Assembly (NCBI RefSeq): GCF_963921235.1
Contig: NC_086108.1
Coordinates: 5,642,001-5,706,000 of the forward strand
Reading direction: 5' to 3'
DNA: 64,000 nucleotides
DNA from: Mobula hypostoma
Taxonomy: Eukaryota
Shown piece after piece: positions 25,982 through 38,855 of the stretch (position 1 is the first letter of the stretch; each line of letters opens with the position of its first letter). The position numbers and the translations under genes were made by a program. The notes below the pieces were generated by a model. That model had not been told where the DNA came from and searched no databases. It was given only the letters and a program-made list of their open reading frames with translations.

Positions 25982-26783
25982 TGCCACGGTGTGTGCGCTG
26001 AGCGACAGAACCCAGGAGCGAATAAACATGACAAGATTTCAGAGAAAGCACAAGAGCTTAACGTCTCTTGTAAAGACAACAATTTAAAAATCCAGCTAAT
26101 CCGTTAACCTCAGAGCCCAGTGCTCTACAATTAGCCGCACTGGGCCACAGGGATCATGACAGTACCTCCCTCCCTAAGGCCAGCACCTGATGGCCCAGGG
26201 AACCCTGAGGAACTCAAGACAGGGCTGATACTCCTGGGAGCATTGAATATAAATAGGGGACATTGATTACCAAGAGAGACTTAGAGAACTATGGAAAAAG
26301 TCTTGAACATAGACTTGAGAAGCTTGGAACGTAGACTCGGGATATGAATTGAGTATAGAAGGCACCCTTGCCTCCAGCTGGCAGATGTCCAAGCTTCTGT
26401 TGAACTGCGTCCATTAACCATGGGGTCCTTCTGTCATGGTGTGCACTGGAAATGACTGATCTCAGGTGCGGAGAAACAACAGACTCCCATGTAGAGACAG
26501 AAACGAGAGTTTATTCCTAGGAATTCTGACAGAATATTGGTGGCCTGACTGACCGACGCTGTGAGATGAACCATTCTCAAAATAAGGACCCCGTGATAAG
26601 TGCCAATCGGGAGTTCGCTTTAAATAATCACAGTACGCGGAAAACCCGTGCCAGAAACTTGACAAGATTAAACAGAAAGCACAAGGGCCTAACGACTCTA
26701 GTAAAGTCAACGATTAACAAAAGCACGTGATCTGGAAACCTGGGAGCCCAATGCTCAATGGTTAGCCACATAGGCTCATGACA
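25982..26783 (-). mobile_element. Miniature two-LTR element (TRIM-like)
   Basis: Two related LTR-like units (25982-26161 and 26432-26783 with TGTCATG...CATGACA). A minus-strand polypurine tract AGGGAGGGAGGTAC abuts one LTR, and an ATGGAC start follows the other. The internal region is about 270 bp. Confidence 0.55.
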
Positions 26784-27174
26784 TTGCTACTGCACCACCT
26801 GCATCTGGAATGCAGGAATAATAATCTATGGAATGGAGAGTTGATATGTCGCTGAAGGATCACAACGTGAAATATTGACTGACTATTTCCCTCCAGTATT
26901 TTGTACTCTTTAGTTTTGAAAATTCAGGACACATACTCCACCTAGTGGTCATTGTGTGCAGATTAGTTTTCAGAATGTCCATCGTGGCATCGTTGCAATG
27001 AAGAGCAATAACATCATCTGAACCTTTGACATAAGTAGAGGCAAAGGGTATAGGTTAAAGGTGACAGGGGAAAGGATCAAGAGCGAACCTGAGAGGCAAG
27101 TGTTTCCCTTCAGGGAGTGGTGGGTATGTGGAATGAGCTACCAGTGGAAGTAACAGAGGCAGGTACACTTACAA

Positions 27175-27960
27175 CAGCACACACAAAATGCTGGTGGAAC
27201 TCAGCAGGTCAGACAATGTCGATGGAAATGAATAAACAGTCGACGTTTCGGGCTGAGGCACTTCATCGGGACTGGAGAAAAGGGGGAAGGTGCCAGAATA
27301 AAATGGTGGGGGAGGGGAAGGAGGGGAGCTAGGGGGCGATAGGTGAAGCCAGGTGGGTGGGAAAGGTAAAGGGCTGGAGAGGAAGGAATCTGGTAGGAGA
27401 GGAGAGTGGACCATAGGAGAAAGGGAAAGAAGAGGGGCACCAGGGGGAAAGTAATAGGCAGGTGAGAAGAGGTAAAAGGTCAGAGTGGGGAATAGAGGAA
27501 GGGTGGAGAGGGAATTTTTTTTAAAACTGGAAGGAGAAGTCGATATCCATGCCAGAAGGTTGGAGGCTACTCAGAAAGAATATAAGGTGTTGCTCCTCCA
27601 CCCCGAGGGTGGCCTCATCTTGGTACCAGAGGAGGTCGTGGACCGGCATGTTGGAACAGGAACGGGGATTGGAATTAAAATGTTAAGGCCTCTGGAAAAT
27701 TCTGCTTTTGGTGGATGATGCAAAGGTGCTTGATGAAGTGGTGTCCCAATTTATTACGGGTCTCACCGATGTAGAGAAGGCTGCACTGGGAGCACCGGAC
27801 ACAATAGACAACTCCAGCAAATTCACAGGTGAAGTGTTACCTCACCTGGGAGGACAGTCTGGAGCCCTGAATGGAGGGGAGGGAGGAGGCGTACGGGCAG
27901 GTGTAGCATTTAGGCCGCTTGCAAGGGTAACTGCTGGGAGGGAGATTAGTGGGGAGGGAA
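27175..27960 (-). mobile_element. Penelope-like element 3' fragment (GIY-YIG C-terminus, pLTR)
   Basis: The minus strand encodes LYIGET...LEEQHLIF. Hammerhead-like motif at about 27237-27274. Confidence 0.75.
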
Positions 27961-30308
27961 TCATGAAAGGTGTGACAGGTATGTGGATAGGAAATGTTTA
28001 GTGATATGTAGGCCTGATGAGACTAGCCCAGGTAGGGACCATGGTTGTTACAGAAATGTGACAAAAGGGCTTGTTTCTGTGTTCTGGTATTTGTTGAAAA
28101 TGGCTCGTGTTTATTGAAAAGTGCCAGCGATTGGGGTTCATTTCCCACCACTGCCCATAAGGAGTTTACACGTTCTCTCAGTGATTGTGTGGGTCTTCCC
28201 CGGGTGCTCTGGTTCCGTCCTGCATGCTAAAGGTAATTACGGGTTAGGGTTAGCAACCCGTGGGCATGCTATGCTTGTGCCGGAAATGTGGTGACACATG
28301 CGGGCTGCCCCCAGCACATCCTCGGACTGTGTTGGTCATTGATGCTTGCAACACAGTGTTTCGATAAAGCTAATCTGTTAGAAACACCTTTATCATCAAT
28401 AAACAGAGAGCTTGAAGATGCTGAAAATCTAAAATAAAACAACAACAGAAACGTTGGGAATACTTGTCAGGTCAGTCAGCATCTGTGCGGGAAATGGAGA
28501 GTTTCACGTTTCGGGTCGATCTATGTCTGGACTGAAAGATAGAGAAGCAATGGCTGGTATAGGGTTCAAATGTTCAAAGGTTCATTTCATATCAGAGAAT
28601 GGATACAGAATACAACCTGAAATTCTTACTCTTCACAGACAGCTACAAAACAACAACCACGTAAAACGCATCAAAGCCCCCCAAAGAGGCGTGATGTAGC
28701 GTGATCTACAGTCCATAACCCAGCCCTTCAGCATTTCAGCCAGCTTCTCTCTCTGTCCAGTGAGGGAGCGAGAGGTCACTCCTGCAACAACAAGAGCAGA
28801 GACCAGCACCTCGCTGTTCCGATGTCACAGTCCTCTATGTTGCTTCTCCAAGTCCGCCCGTTTTGAGGACCAACAGGCTCTCACTCTCCATCAAAAGAGA
28901 GAGAATTAGAGGGATAGCTCGAGTACAGGGGCGTTCTTCCACCGGCTGCTGGCGATGAGCAAACACAGCACCCACTGTCTCAATGTTTAAGTCTCCCATT
29001 ATGCTTCAGTCAGCAAAACCGGCGAAGAATCGGGTCATCCGCTGGGCCTCTCCTTGACTTCTGACCTCTCAGCCCCAAGGCGCACATTGTCCTGGTAATA
29101 GAGAAGCCCCAGGCCGCACAGATGGTCTGAAAATCTACCGCTTGCGAAGAACCGTAGCTTCAACTGTAGATCACGGAGTCTGACAGAACCCCAACCAGCT
29201 TGATAAGAAAAGAGAAACCCAGGGAAGGGAAATAAACTGTTTCATGGACCAACTGGAAGAAGCTGTCTGGGTGTGCAAAAACTGCTGGAGCAGGAGAAGG
29301 AGGGGAGACTGGGAATAGTGACAGAGTCTGGGAGGTGATAGGTGGACGTGGCAAAGGGCTGCAGATGGAGGGATCTGATAGGAAAGGAAGGTGGAATGTG
29401 GAACCAAGAGGGGGCGGCGAGGAGGGAAGATGGGAATGGTTGGGGAGGGGACCCAGTGGTTGGAGTGCGTGGATGATGGGCAGATGGAGATGTTATGAGC
29501 ACGAGAGATTCTGCAGATGCTGGAAATCCAAAGCAACGCACACACAGTGTTGGAGGAACTCAGCAGGCCAGGCAGCATCTATAGAAATAAATCAACACTT
29601 GATGTTTAGGGCTGAGAACCTGCATTTCTCTGTTTGTCAGCTGAAGAAGGGCCTCATCCTGAAATGTCGACTGTTCAATCATTATTACAGATGGGGAGGT
29701 TGAGAGGTAAAGTAATTGAGCCGTGATGGTATGATGGAGGAGAATCAATGGGCTGAATGGTTTAATTCTGCTCCTATATCTTATAGCCCTGTGGTCCACA
29801 GATGCTGCCTGACCCACTGAGTTCCTCCAGCAGTATGTGTGTTGCTCCGGATGCCAGCAGTGTCGCCCGTGGGGAGGGATGGGGTTGGGGGCATTGGGGT
29901 CAGTGTGCTCCACCGGGGATGGTGTGGCAAAACGTCCAGGCAGGAGCTGCTGCTGCTCCCCCCAGTGTTCGCTCGGCGTGAGACGGGCTCTGTTGTGGTT
30001 GACTGCAGATTGAAGGCGCGAGTTTTGGACTCCTTTATTGAGTGTTTATGCTGGCTGTCTAGTGTGTACCTGGTGCTGTGTGTGACTGTTGGTGCTGTGT
30101 TTTGTACCTTGACCCTGGAGTATTTGCCTGTATTCATGAGTATTCATGTGTGGTTGAGTGCTAATTAAACTTGAATTGAATTGAGCGTCTGCGGTGTCTG
30201 GTGTCTCCGTTTACATCTGTTGGATAATCCATGACTGAGAGGCACAAGGACCAGGGTTTGGTTGAATGCCCGAGTGAGTGTGGTCTTTCATTGATTCTTT
30301 GATGGTTA

Positions 30309-31098
30309 CAGTGGACAACAAAGATTTTGCTTCCTGAACACTTTTGGATGTATCTTATGGAATTGGTGCTGCTGATCATGAAACTCACCATGAAATTTCC
30401 CCATCATGCTCCATGTTTTTGAAATCGCTTATATTTGTTATTTCAATTCATAATTCAAGTCAGAATAACTGATGCCAAGATTAAGGAAGGCATTTTTGTT
30501 GGTCCACAAATCAAACAGGTCATCAATGTCAGGCAATTCGAAGAACTTCTAGTGGGACTGGAGAAAATCACATGGAATGCATTCGAGGATGTTGCTGTCA
30601 GTTTTCTTGGCAACTACAGAGCACCAAACTATGTGCAGCTGGTTGACAACATGCTTCAAGCACACAAAACCATGAGGTGCAACATGTCACTAAAGATTCA
30701 TTTTCTGCATTCCCATTTAGACTTCTTGGCGTTGTCAGTGATGAGCATGGTGAAAGGTTTCACCAGGACATTGCAGTCATGGAGAAACGGTATCAGGGCG
30801 ACTGGAATCCATCAGTGCTGGCTGATTATTGTTGCAAACTTAAGCAAGACTCAGACACTGAGTACAAATGAAAATCATCAACAAAACATTTTTAGCTTAG
30901 TTGAACTATTATGAAGCGTCAGCACCATTATGCAATTAAATGCATTATATTCAATAAAAGTTAATTTCTTGTTTCTCCAAATTCCTACATGATACAAGTA
31001 GTCTGAAATTATATTTGTGTTCAGCTTCAAGCAGTCTATCATAAACAAACTAAAAATTCTGAGGAAGCAATACTTCAGAAAGAAATGGTTGTCCAGTG
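30309..31098 (+). mobile_element. Chapaev3-type (CMC) DNA transposon, internally deleted
   Basis: TIRs CA(C/G)TGGACAAC...GTTGTCCAGTG with a TTA TSD on both sides. Transposase C-terminus KIKEGIFVGPQI...SLKIHFLHSHLD...SDEHGERFHQDI, frameshifted. Confidence 0.75.
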
Positions 31099-31289
31099 TT
31101 ATTATTCTATTATGGATTTGTTGAATATGTCTGTAAGAGAAAGAATCTCAGGGTTGTATATGGTGACGTATATGTATGCTGATAATAAATTTACTTTGAG
31201 CTTTTTTTTAAACATTGTCTGATGTGATTACATATTGAGTTCTGCAATCAGACAATAACCAACACGTTTTCTTGTTGTCTATTTATTTA

Positions 31290-32445
31290 TGTAACTCTCA
31301 GTTTGGCTAGCGGCTTAATCTAGGGGATGATAGCCCCTGGCCTGGCCAAACTTAAGAAATCTTATTTGGGTGGATGCTGCGTGATGTATCCCCTCTTACC
31401 ACGAAATAACAAACAATACACAATATGCGATTAAATGATTGAGCTTTATAATTCTTAATTTGACTATATGGTTAGTAAAGAAACAAAAAAAAGGAAAAGG
31501 GCCCATTCTCATGAAACAGTTTATTGCGCAAGGTTGGAGCTCACTGATGAGGCCGTTCGTCCACCATTGACCTCCTCCGATCATCGCTGACCTTTGGATC
31601 CTCACTCCAAGTCCATTCTGTCTGGCGGTCTACCAACTCTCTCCATTTGCGTCTTCTCTCCTCATCTCTTCCCAGCAAAGACTACAAAATCCCTCTCCCA
31701 GACAAACACAAGATAGAACAACATCCTGCTCATTGGCTAACGTGCTCCATTATCTTTAGTCCTAACCCAAACATTGCTGCTACAGAGAAACCATTACCTC
31801 AGCAGTAGAACATTAGATTATGAGGACATGCAGTCCTCTTTTATTGTCATTTAGTAATGCATGCATTAAGAAATGATACAATATTCCTCCGGTGTGATAT
31901 CACAAAACACAGGATAGACCAAGACTGAAAAAACTAATAAAACCACATAATTACAACTTATAGTTACAACAATGCAACAGTACCATAACTTGATGAAGAA
32001 GTCCATGAGCACAGTAAAAAGTTCAAAGTCTCTCAAATGTCCCACATCTCACGCAGACGGGAGAAGGAAGAAAAACTCTCCCTGCCATGCCTGACCACAG
32101 TCCGACTCTGAGTCGTCTGAAAACTTCGAGCCTCCGATCAGCTCTCCGACACCGAGTACCGAGCACCATCTCTATCCGAATGATTCGACCTCAATCTCAG
32201 TCACCAACAGCAGGCAAAGCCAGGGATTTTGAGGCCTTCCCTCGGAAGATTCTCGATCGCGCAGTAACAACAGCAGCAAACTGGCGTTTCAGAAATTTCT
32301 CCAGATGTTCCTCTGTGCTTTCATGTCTGTCTCCATCAAATCAGAATTGTCCATGGCCCCTATTTGACGGATACGATATCATTTTCACCGGATGGCTGCG
32401 CAGGGAGGCTATTACGTTAGCAGTGAAACCTTACAGCGTGTTACA
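31290..32445. mobile_element. Solo LTR (4-bp TSD) carrying a nested retroelement fragment (about 31812-32400)
   Basis: TGTAAC...GTTACA termini with TTTA on both flanks. The TSD sits in an AT-rich run, so it is weak evidence. Confidence 0.55.
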
Positions 32446-33505
32446 TTTATTTATTTATTGAGATACAGTGTTAACTGGGCCTTTCTGTCCTTCATCCCCC
32501 AATTTACAATGACCAATTACTCTACTAACCAGTATACCTTCGGACTGTGGGAGGAAACTGGAGCACCCAGAGGAAACCCATGCAGTCACAAGGAGAACAT
32601 ACAAACTCCTCACAGGCATCATCGGGAATTGAACCCGGGTCGTTTGTACTGTAAAGCATTGTGCTAACCACTTCACTACCATGCCATCCCGTGTCGTACA
32701 GTCGTGTTCTGTGCTGTTCTGCTGAACATTGTGGGCTTGTTACGTTGGCACTGGGATGTGTGGTGGCACATGTGGGCTGCCCAGCACATCCTCAGGTTGT
32801 GTTGGTTGTTAATGCAAATGACGTATTTCACTGTATGTTTTGATTTGGTAAAAGCAAAGGACTGAATGATCAGTTAAACCCGAGACAATGGAACAGGGGT
32901 CTGATTAAGGAAAAGCCGACATGAGACTTATTCAATCAGCTGAATACCTGTGGAGTCTTGAAACTGTTTTTTAATGTCACTGGTGTTGACGGTGGGGTAG
33001 CAGATCTGATGGCCTGAATGGCCTCCCTCTGTCTCGCTGTGTTTGGTGTCTGTGTGGTAAGTGCGTGTGCGGCCTTTGTCCTTTGTGTGTGTTCCTTGCG
33101 CCTGCCAGACTCTGTCAGTCATTGGCCAAACCCACTACACATTGGCCAAGGCTCCCAACTTGGCTCCTTGAATCAACAGAAGGAAAATCCTGTTAAAAAT
33201 ATTTATCATCTTTTCTTAAGTTTGAATTCCCTCAGCGCCGAGGACCAGACTGGCTCAGGGAACAGCCTGAACTGACTGAGCGCAGACCCTGTGGGGAATG
33301 AGATGCAAAAATAGTCCTGTTGTGCAAACCACACGGTTGCCTGCCAAACTGCCAGCCATCGACACCAGGAATTTCTAACCCAAAGAGCCAGAAATTCCTT
33401 CTGTCCACGTTCCTCTAACACACTGGGCATTTCAGACAGCTCTGAGGATGTTTGTGACTCTCCCAGTGGAGATCAGTATGTTCTCATGTTAATCCTGTAA
33501 AAGGG

Positions 33506-33581
33506 ATGGCTGGGGTCCGGGCTGCCTCCTCTGTTCCCATTCTAGCCGCTCTGCCCTCCTTCCTAGTCCCCACCACGGCAG
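33506..33581 (+). CDS. Candidate signal-peptide exon (phase 1)
   Basis: Strong Kozak gggATGG, then MAGVRAASSVPILAALPSFLVPTTA-G and donor CAG|gtaggg, inside a roughly 0.8 kb repeat-free island. Confidence 0.25.
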
Positions 33582-34685
33582 GTAGGGTTTGGAAGATTCC
33601 TCCTGCAAACATGGAGAGACGGGACTTGTCATCCAGAAAGGAACAAACTTTAATGAAGTAATATTTTCCTTGTAGTTTTTCCAGCTGTGATGTTTCACAA
33701 GACAGAAGACAAAACCAGTTATTTCTGATAAAGATTCCTGTTATTAAAAATCCACCCTTTACTCTAGTCACTAGGGATATTTTATTTTTTTATTCAAAAT
33801 TCAAAATTCAAACTTTAAAATCAATTTATCATCAAAGTACATATATGTCAAGATATTGTACCTGGAGATCCATATTCTCAGGAGAACAAAGAAACACAAT
33901 AGAATCAGAATCGGAATCAGGTTTAATATCACTGGCGTATGTCATGAAATTTGTAGTTTTTACAACAGCAGTACATTGCAATACAAAATAATAGAAAAAA
34001 ACTGTGAATTACAGCAAGTGTATATATATATTAAATAGTTAAATTAGTAGTTCCAAAATAGAAATAAAAAAGTAGTGAGGCAGTGTTCATGGGTTCAATG
34101 TCTATTCAGAAATGGGATAGCAGAGGGGAAGAAGCTACTCCTGAATCGTTGAGTGTGTGCCTCCAGGCTTCAGCACCTCCTCCCTGATGGTAGCAATGAG
34201 AAGAGGGCATGTCCTGGGTAATGAGGTCCATAATGATGGACGACACCTTTTTGAGGCATCACTCCTTGAAGATGTCCTGGATACTGTAGAGGCTAGTGCC
34301 CATGATGAAGCTGACTGAGTTTACAACTGTCTGCAGATTATCTTGATCCTGTGCAGTAGTACCCCCCCGCCCCCCATGCCTGACGGTGATGCAGAGATGG
34401 CACATTGTACTCCATGGAACATCTAAAGAAATTTGCGAGTGTCTTTGGTGACATACCAAGTTTCCTCAAACTCCTAATGAAATATAGCCACGGTTGTGTC
34501 TTCTTCGCAGCTGCATCGATATGTTGGGCCCAGGATAGATCTTCAGAGATATTCAATGAAAAACTGTGCACAAAGACAGCCAAACAACCAATGTGCAAAG
34601 CTTGACAAACTGTGCATCCAATATCAAGGATCCCCAACGTCCAGGCCATGCTCTCTTCTCACTGCTGCCATTGGGAAGGAGGCAC

Positions 34686-34957
34686 AGGTCCCACACCACC
34701 AGGTTCAGGAACAGCTATTACCCCACAACCATCAGACTCCTGAACCAGTGTGGATAACTTCACTCACTACAATGAGCCTCAGGTCCCACACCACCAGGTT
34801 CAGGAACAGTTATTACCCCACAACCATCAGGCTCCTGAACCAGTGTGGATAACTTCACTCCCCACAATGAGCCTCAGGTCCCACACCACCAGGTTCAGGA
34901 ACAATTATCACCCCACAACCATCAGGCTCCTGAACCAGTGTGGATAACTTCACTCAC
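34686..34957 (+). repeat. 95-bp tandem repeat (about 3 copies) in LINE 3' end
   Basis: Units start at 34686, 34781 and 34876. Confidence 0.95.
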
Positions 34958-36123
34958 TTCAACTCTGAACTGATTCCACAACCTATGGACTCAGTTTTAG
35001 GAACTCCACAACATGTTCTTGATATTTATTGTTTATACATGCACATATATATCTATATATCTCTGTCAGGTATGGTTTTTCATTGGTTCTGTTGTGTTTC
35101 TTTCTATTTACTGTGAATGTCTGCAAGGCAATGAATTTCAGTGAGGTATATGGTGGCCACTGTCACTGGCTGATTCAAAGGTGTGATGAATCAGCATATC
35201 GGAGGGAGATTGAAGATCTGGCAGAGTGGTGCCATAACAACAAACTCTCTCTAAATGTCAGCAAGCCGAAGGAGCTGATTATTGACTTCAGGAGGAGGAA
35301 ACCAGTGGTCTATGAGCCAGTCCTGTCAGAGGATGAGAGGTGGAGATGGCCAGCAACTTTAAATTCCTAGGTGTTATTATTTTGGTGGAGCTGCCTTGGC
35401 ACGATTGCACCTCTACTTCCTTAGTAGTTTGCAGAGACTCGGCATGACATCTAAAACTTTGACAAACTTCTATAGATGTGTAGTGGAGAGTATATTGATC
35501 AGCTGCATCATAGCATAGTGTGAGAACACCAATGCCCTTGAATGAAAAATCTGATGCAAGGTAGTGGATACAGCCCGGTACATCACTTTAAAGCCCTCCC
35601 AGCCATTGAACAGATCTACATGAAATGCTTTTGCAAGAAAGTAACATCCATTATCAGGAACCCCCACCATCCAGGCCATGGTCTCTTCTCACTGCTACCA
35701 TCAGGAAGGAGGTACAGGAGCCTTGGGACTTACACCACCAGGTTCAGGAAAGTTATTACCCCTCAAACGTCAGGTTCTTGAACCAGAGGGGAATAACTTC
35801 ACTCAACTTTACTTGCCCCATCACTGAAATGTTCCCTCAACTAAATGCTCACTCTGGTTGAACGCCCAAGTTGAAGTTGGCTTTCAATGATTCTGTAATG
35901 GTTATTATTTTATGGATTTATTGAGTATGCCCGCAAGAAAATGAATCTCAGATATGTAAATGGTGACATATATATATGTTGATAATAAATTTACTTTGAA
36001 TTTTGAGCAAATACAATAAAGAATAAAACAACACAATAACAATAAATAAATTGATAAATAATATTGAAAAATGAGTTGTGGAGTCCTTGATTGTGAATCC
36101 TTAGGTTGTGGAATCAGTTCAGC

Positions 36124-36503
36124 ATTGTGGTGAGTGAAGTTATCCACACTGGTTCAGGAGACTGATGGTTGTGGGGTAATAACTGTTCCTGAACCTGGTG
36201 GTGTGGGACCTGAGGCTCATTGTGGTGAGTGAAGTTATCCACACTGGTTCAGGAGCCTGACGGTTGTGGGGTAATAACTGCTCCTGAACCTGGTGGTGTG
36301 GGACCTGAGGCTCATTGTGGTGAGTGAAGTTATCCACACTGGTTCAGGAGCCTGATGGTTGTGGGGTGATAACTGTTCCTGAACCTGGTGGTGTGGGACC
36401 TGAGGCTCATTGTGGTGAGTGAAGTTATCCACACTGGTTCAGGAGCCTGATGGTTGTGGGGTAATAACTGTTCCTGAACCTGGTGGTGTGGGACCTGAGG
36501 CTC
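36124..36503 (-). repeat. 95-bp tandem repeat (about 4 copies) in LINE 3' end
   Basis: Same unit as at 34686, reverse orientation. The ORF track repeats with period 95. Confidence 0.95.
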
Positions 36504-37897
36504 CTGCACCTCCTTCTGATGGTAGTAGTGAGAAGAGAGCATGGCCTGGACGATGGGGTCTTTGATGATGGATGCTGCTTTCCTGCAAAAGCACTCTTTG
36601 TCGATGTGCTCAATGGAGGGGAGGGCTTTACCTGTGATGGACTGGGATGAATCCACTACTCTTTGTAGTATTTTCCATCCAAGGGCGTTAGTGTTTCCAT
36701 ACCAGGTTTCCAACTCATTCGGCTGTTCTCCAGTACCTGTGCTAATTCTCTGTGTTATAGAATCATGTAGAGTAGAAATAGGCCTTTTGGCCCATCATAC
36801 TCATGCCAGCCTTTTGCTCATCTAGCGGTAACGCAACCATTCGAGTCGAGTCTGATGTTCTCTTAAGGAATGATCTCTTGTTGGGTCTTACTGTGGCTGT
36901 AGAGGCCGATCCAGGATTCACATAAACCTATGCTCTTCACCACTTGCTGGTCACTACTAGACTTAAGCAACACACACAAAAAATGCTGGTGAACGCAGCA
37001 GGCCAGGCAGCATCTCTAGGAAGAAGAACAGTTGACATTTCGGCGTGACCCTTCGTCAGGACTAACCCTACCCCCTACCCAAGATCCACAAACCTGCCTG
37101 TCCAGGTAGACCCATTGTTTAAAAATTAAATTCACTACTAGACTTAACTGGGATGTAAGGATGGATTCCGTTAACAGAGAACGCCTGTGCTTGGCTTTGT
37201 TTAACGTGGGGAGGCTGATGCATAGGCACCACACAGTCCTTGACAGATTAGGGTCAGGGTCCAGTGACATGGAGTGCAAGATAACTGGGGACCCTTCATT
37301 GCTCCTGCCTTCTGAGGTCTCGGTTGGGGTCGTTATCTGGGACCTCCCCCTTGACCTTACCTCCATAGGCGATTCTACCAGGAGTTAGGTGCCAGATGAC
37401 TAAACTCCAGACAGCATCGCTCTCGAAGGCTCAGGAACTCTCAAGCCTCTTCAACACGACACGGTGACAACTCTCGGAGAAGTTTTCCCATCAATACTAA
37501 GCCCATTTCCCCACATTAGCTCCTTAAACACACTCACTGCCTCTGACTCTGCCAACTCCCCTGACATCACGTTCCGGATATCAACCACTGCTTGTACACT
37601 ACTTAGAAAGGACAGTTTGTGAGTGCTGTTAGCAGATGTGACAGTGAGGAGGAACTCTGCTGGGCGCTAGTGACAAGTTGTGTGGTCACGACCCAAGTAC
37701 TGAGAGAGAGAGAGAGAGACAGACTCTGAAACACATCAACAGTTCACTGACTTTAATAGGAACTGTGCAGAAACAAAGGAAACTGGGCCAATAGGCTGTT
37801 AACTAGAACTGTCAAACTGAAGTAACGTACAGCAGCTCGGCAAGGTAGCTTAATACTAAATCAATACCGCTCCCTAACAGCATCACTCTGAACTGTA

Positions 37898-38855
37898 AGC
37901 AACACACATCAAAGTTGCTGGTGAACGCAGCAGGCCAGGCAGCATCTCTAGGAAGAGGTGCAGTCCACATTTCGGGCCGAGACCCTTCGTCAGGACTAAC
38001 TGAAGGAAGAGTGAGTAAGAGATTTGAAAGTGGGAGGGGGAGGGGGAAGACAGGAGCGGGAGAGATGGAGCCAAGAGCTGGACAGGTGATAGGCAAAAGG
38101 GATATGAGAAGATCATGGGACAGGAGGCCCAGGGAGAAGGAAAAGCAGGGGGTGGGGGGAACTCAGAGGATGGGCAAGGAGTATAGTCAGAGGGACAGAG
38201 AGAGAACACCTACGCTCTGTCCGCCAGAGGAAGCAGGATCTCCCAGTGGCTACACATTTTAATTCCACATCCCATTCCCATTCTGATATGTCTATCCACG
38301 GCCTCCTCTACTGTAAAGATGAAGCCACACTCAGGTTGGAGGAACAACACTCTATATTCCGTCTGGGTAGCCTCCAACCTGATGGCATGAACATTGACTT
38401 CTCTAACTTCCGCTAATGCCCCACCTCCCCCTCGTACCCCATCCGTTATTTATTTATATACACACATTCTTTTTTTCTCTCTCTCTTTTTTCTCCCTCCT
38501 TTTTCTCCCTCTGTCCCTCTGACTACACCCCTTGCCCATCCTCTGGGTTCTTCCCCCCTCCCCCTTTTTTTTCTCCCTGGGCCTCCTGTCCCATGATCTT
38601 CTCATATCCCTTTAGCCAATCACCCGTCCAGCTCTTGGCTCCATCCCTCCCCCTCCTGTCTTCTCCTGTCATTTTGGATCTCCCCCTCCCCTTCCCACTT
38701 TCAAACCTCTTACTCACTCTTCCTTCAGTTAGTCCTGATGAAGGGTCTCGGCCTGAAACGTCGACTGCCCCTCTTCCTAGAGATGCTGCCTGGCCTGCTG
38801 CGTTCACCAGCAACTTTGATGTGTGTTGCTTGAATTTCCAGCATCTGCAGAATTT
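37898..38855 (+). mobile_element. Penelope-like element with inverted terminal arms and 12-bp TSD
   Basis: TSD CTCTGAACTGTA (37886-37897 and 38856-38867). Open GIY-YIG C-terminal frame 38204-38416 (EHLRSVR...LEEQHSIFRLGSLQPDGMNIDF). The left ~300 bp is an inverted copy of the right end. Confidence 0.85.
38731..38766 (+). ncRNA. Minimal type I hammerhead ribozyme motif
   Basis: AGTC-CTGATGA-AGGgtctcggCCT-GAAAC-GTC-GACT: stem I, CUGAUGA box, stem II, GAAA, palindromic ACGU stem III and a GUC cleavage triplet. Confidence 0.75.

Noticed and set aside
34686..36503. Regular direct repeats resembling a CRISPR array
   Set aside because: There are no unique spacers, the units derive from a LINE tail, and the DNA is eukaryotic.
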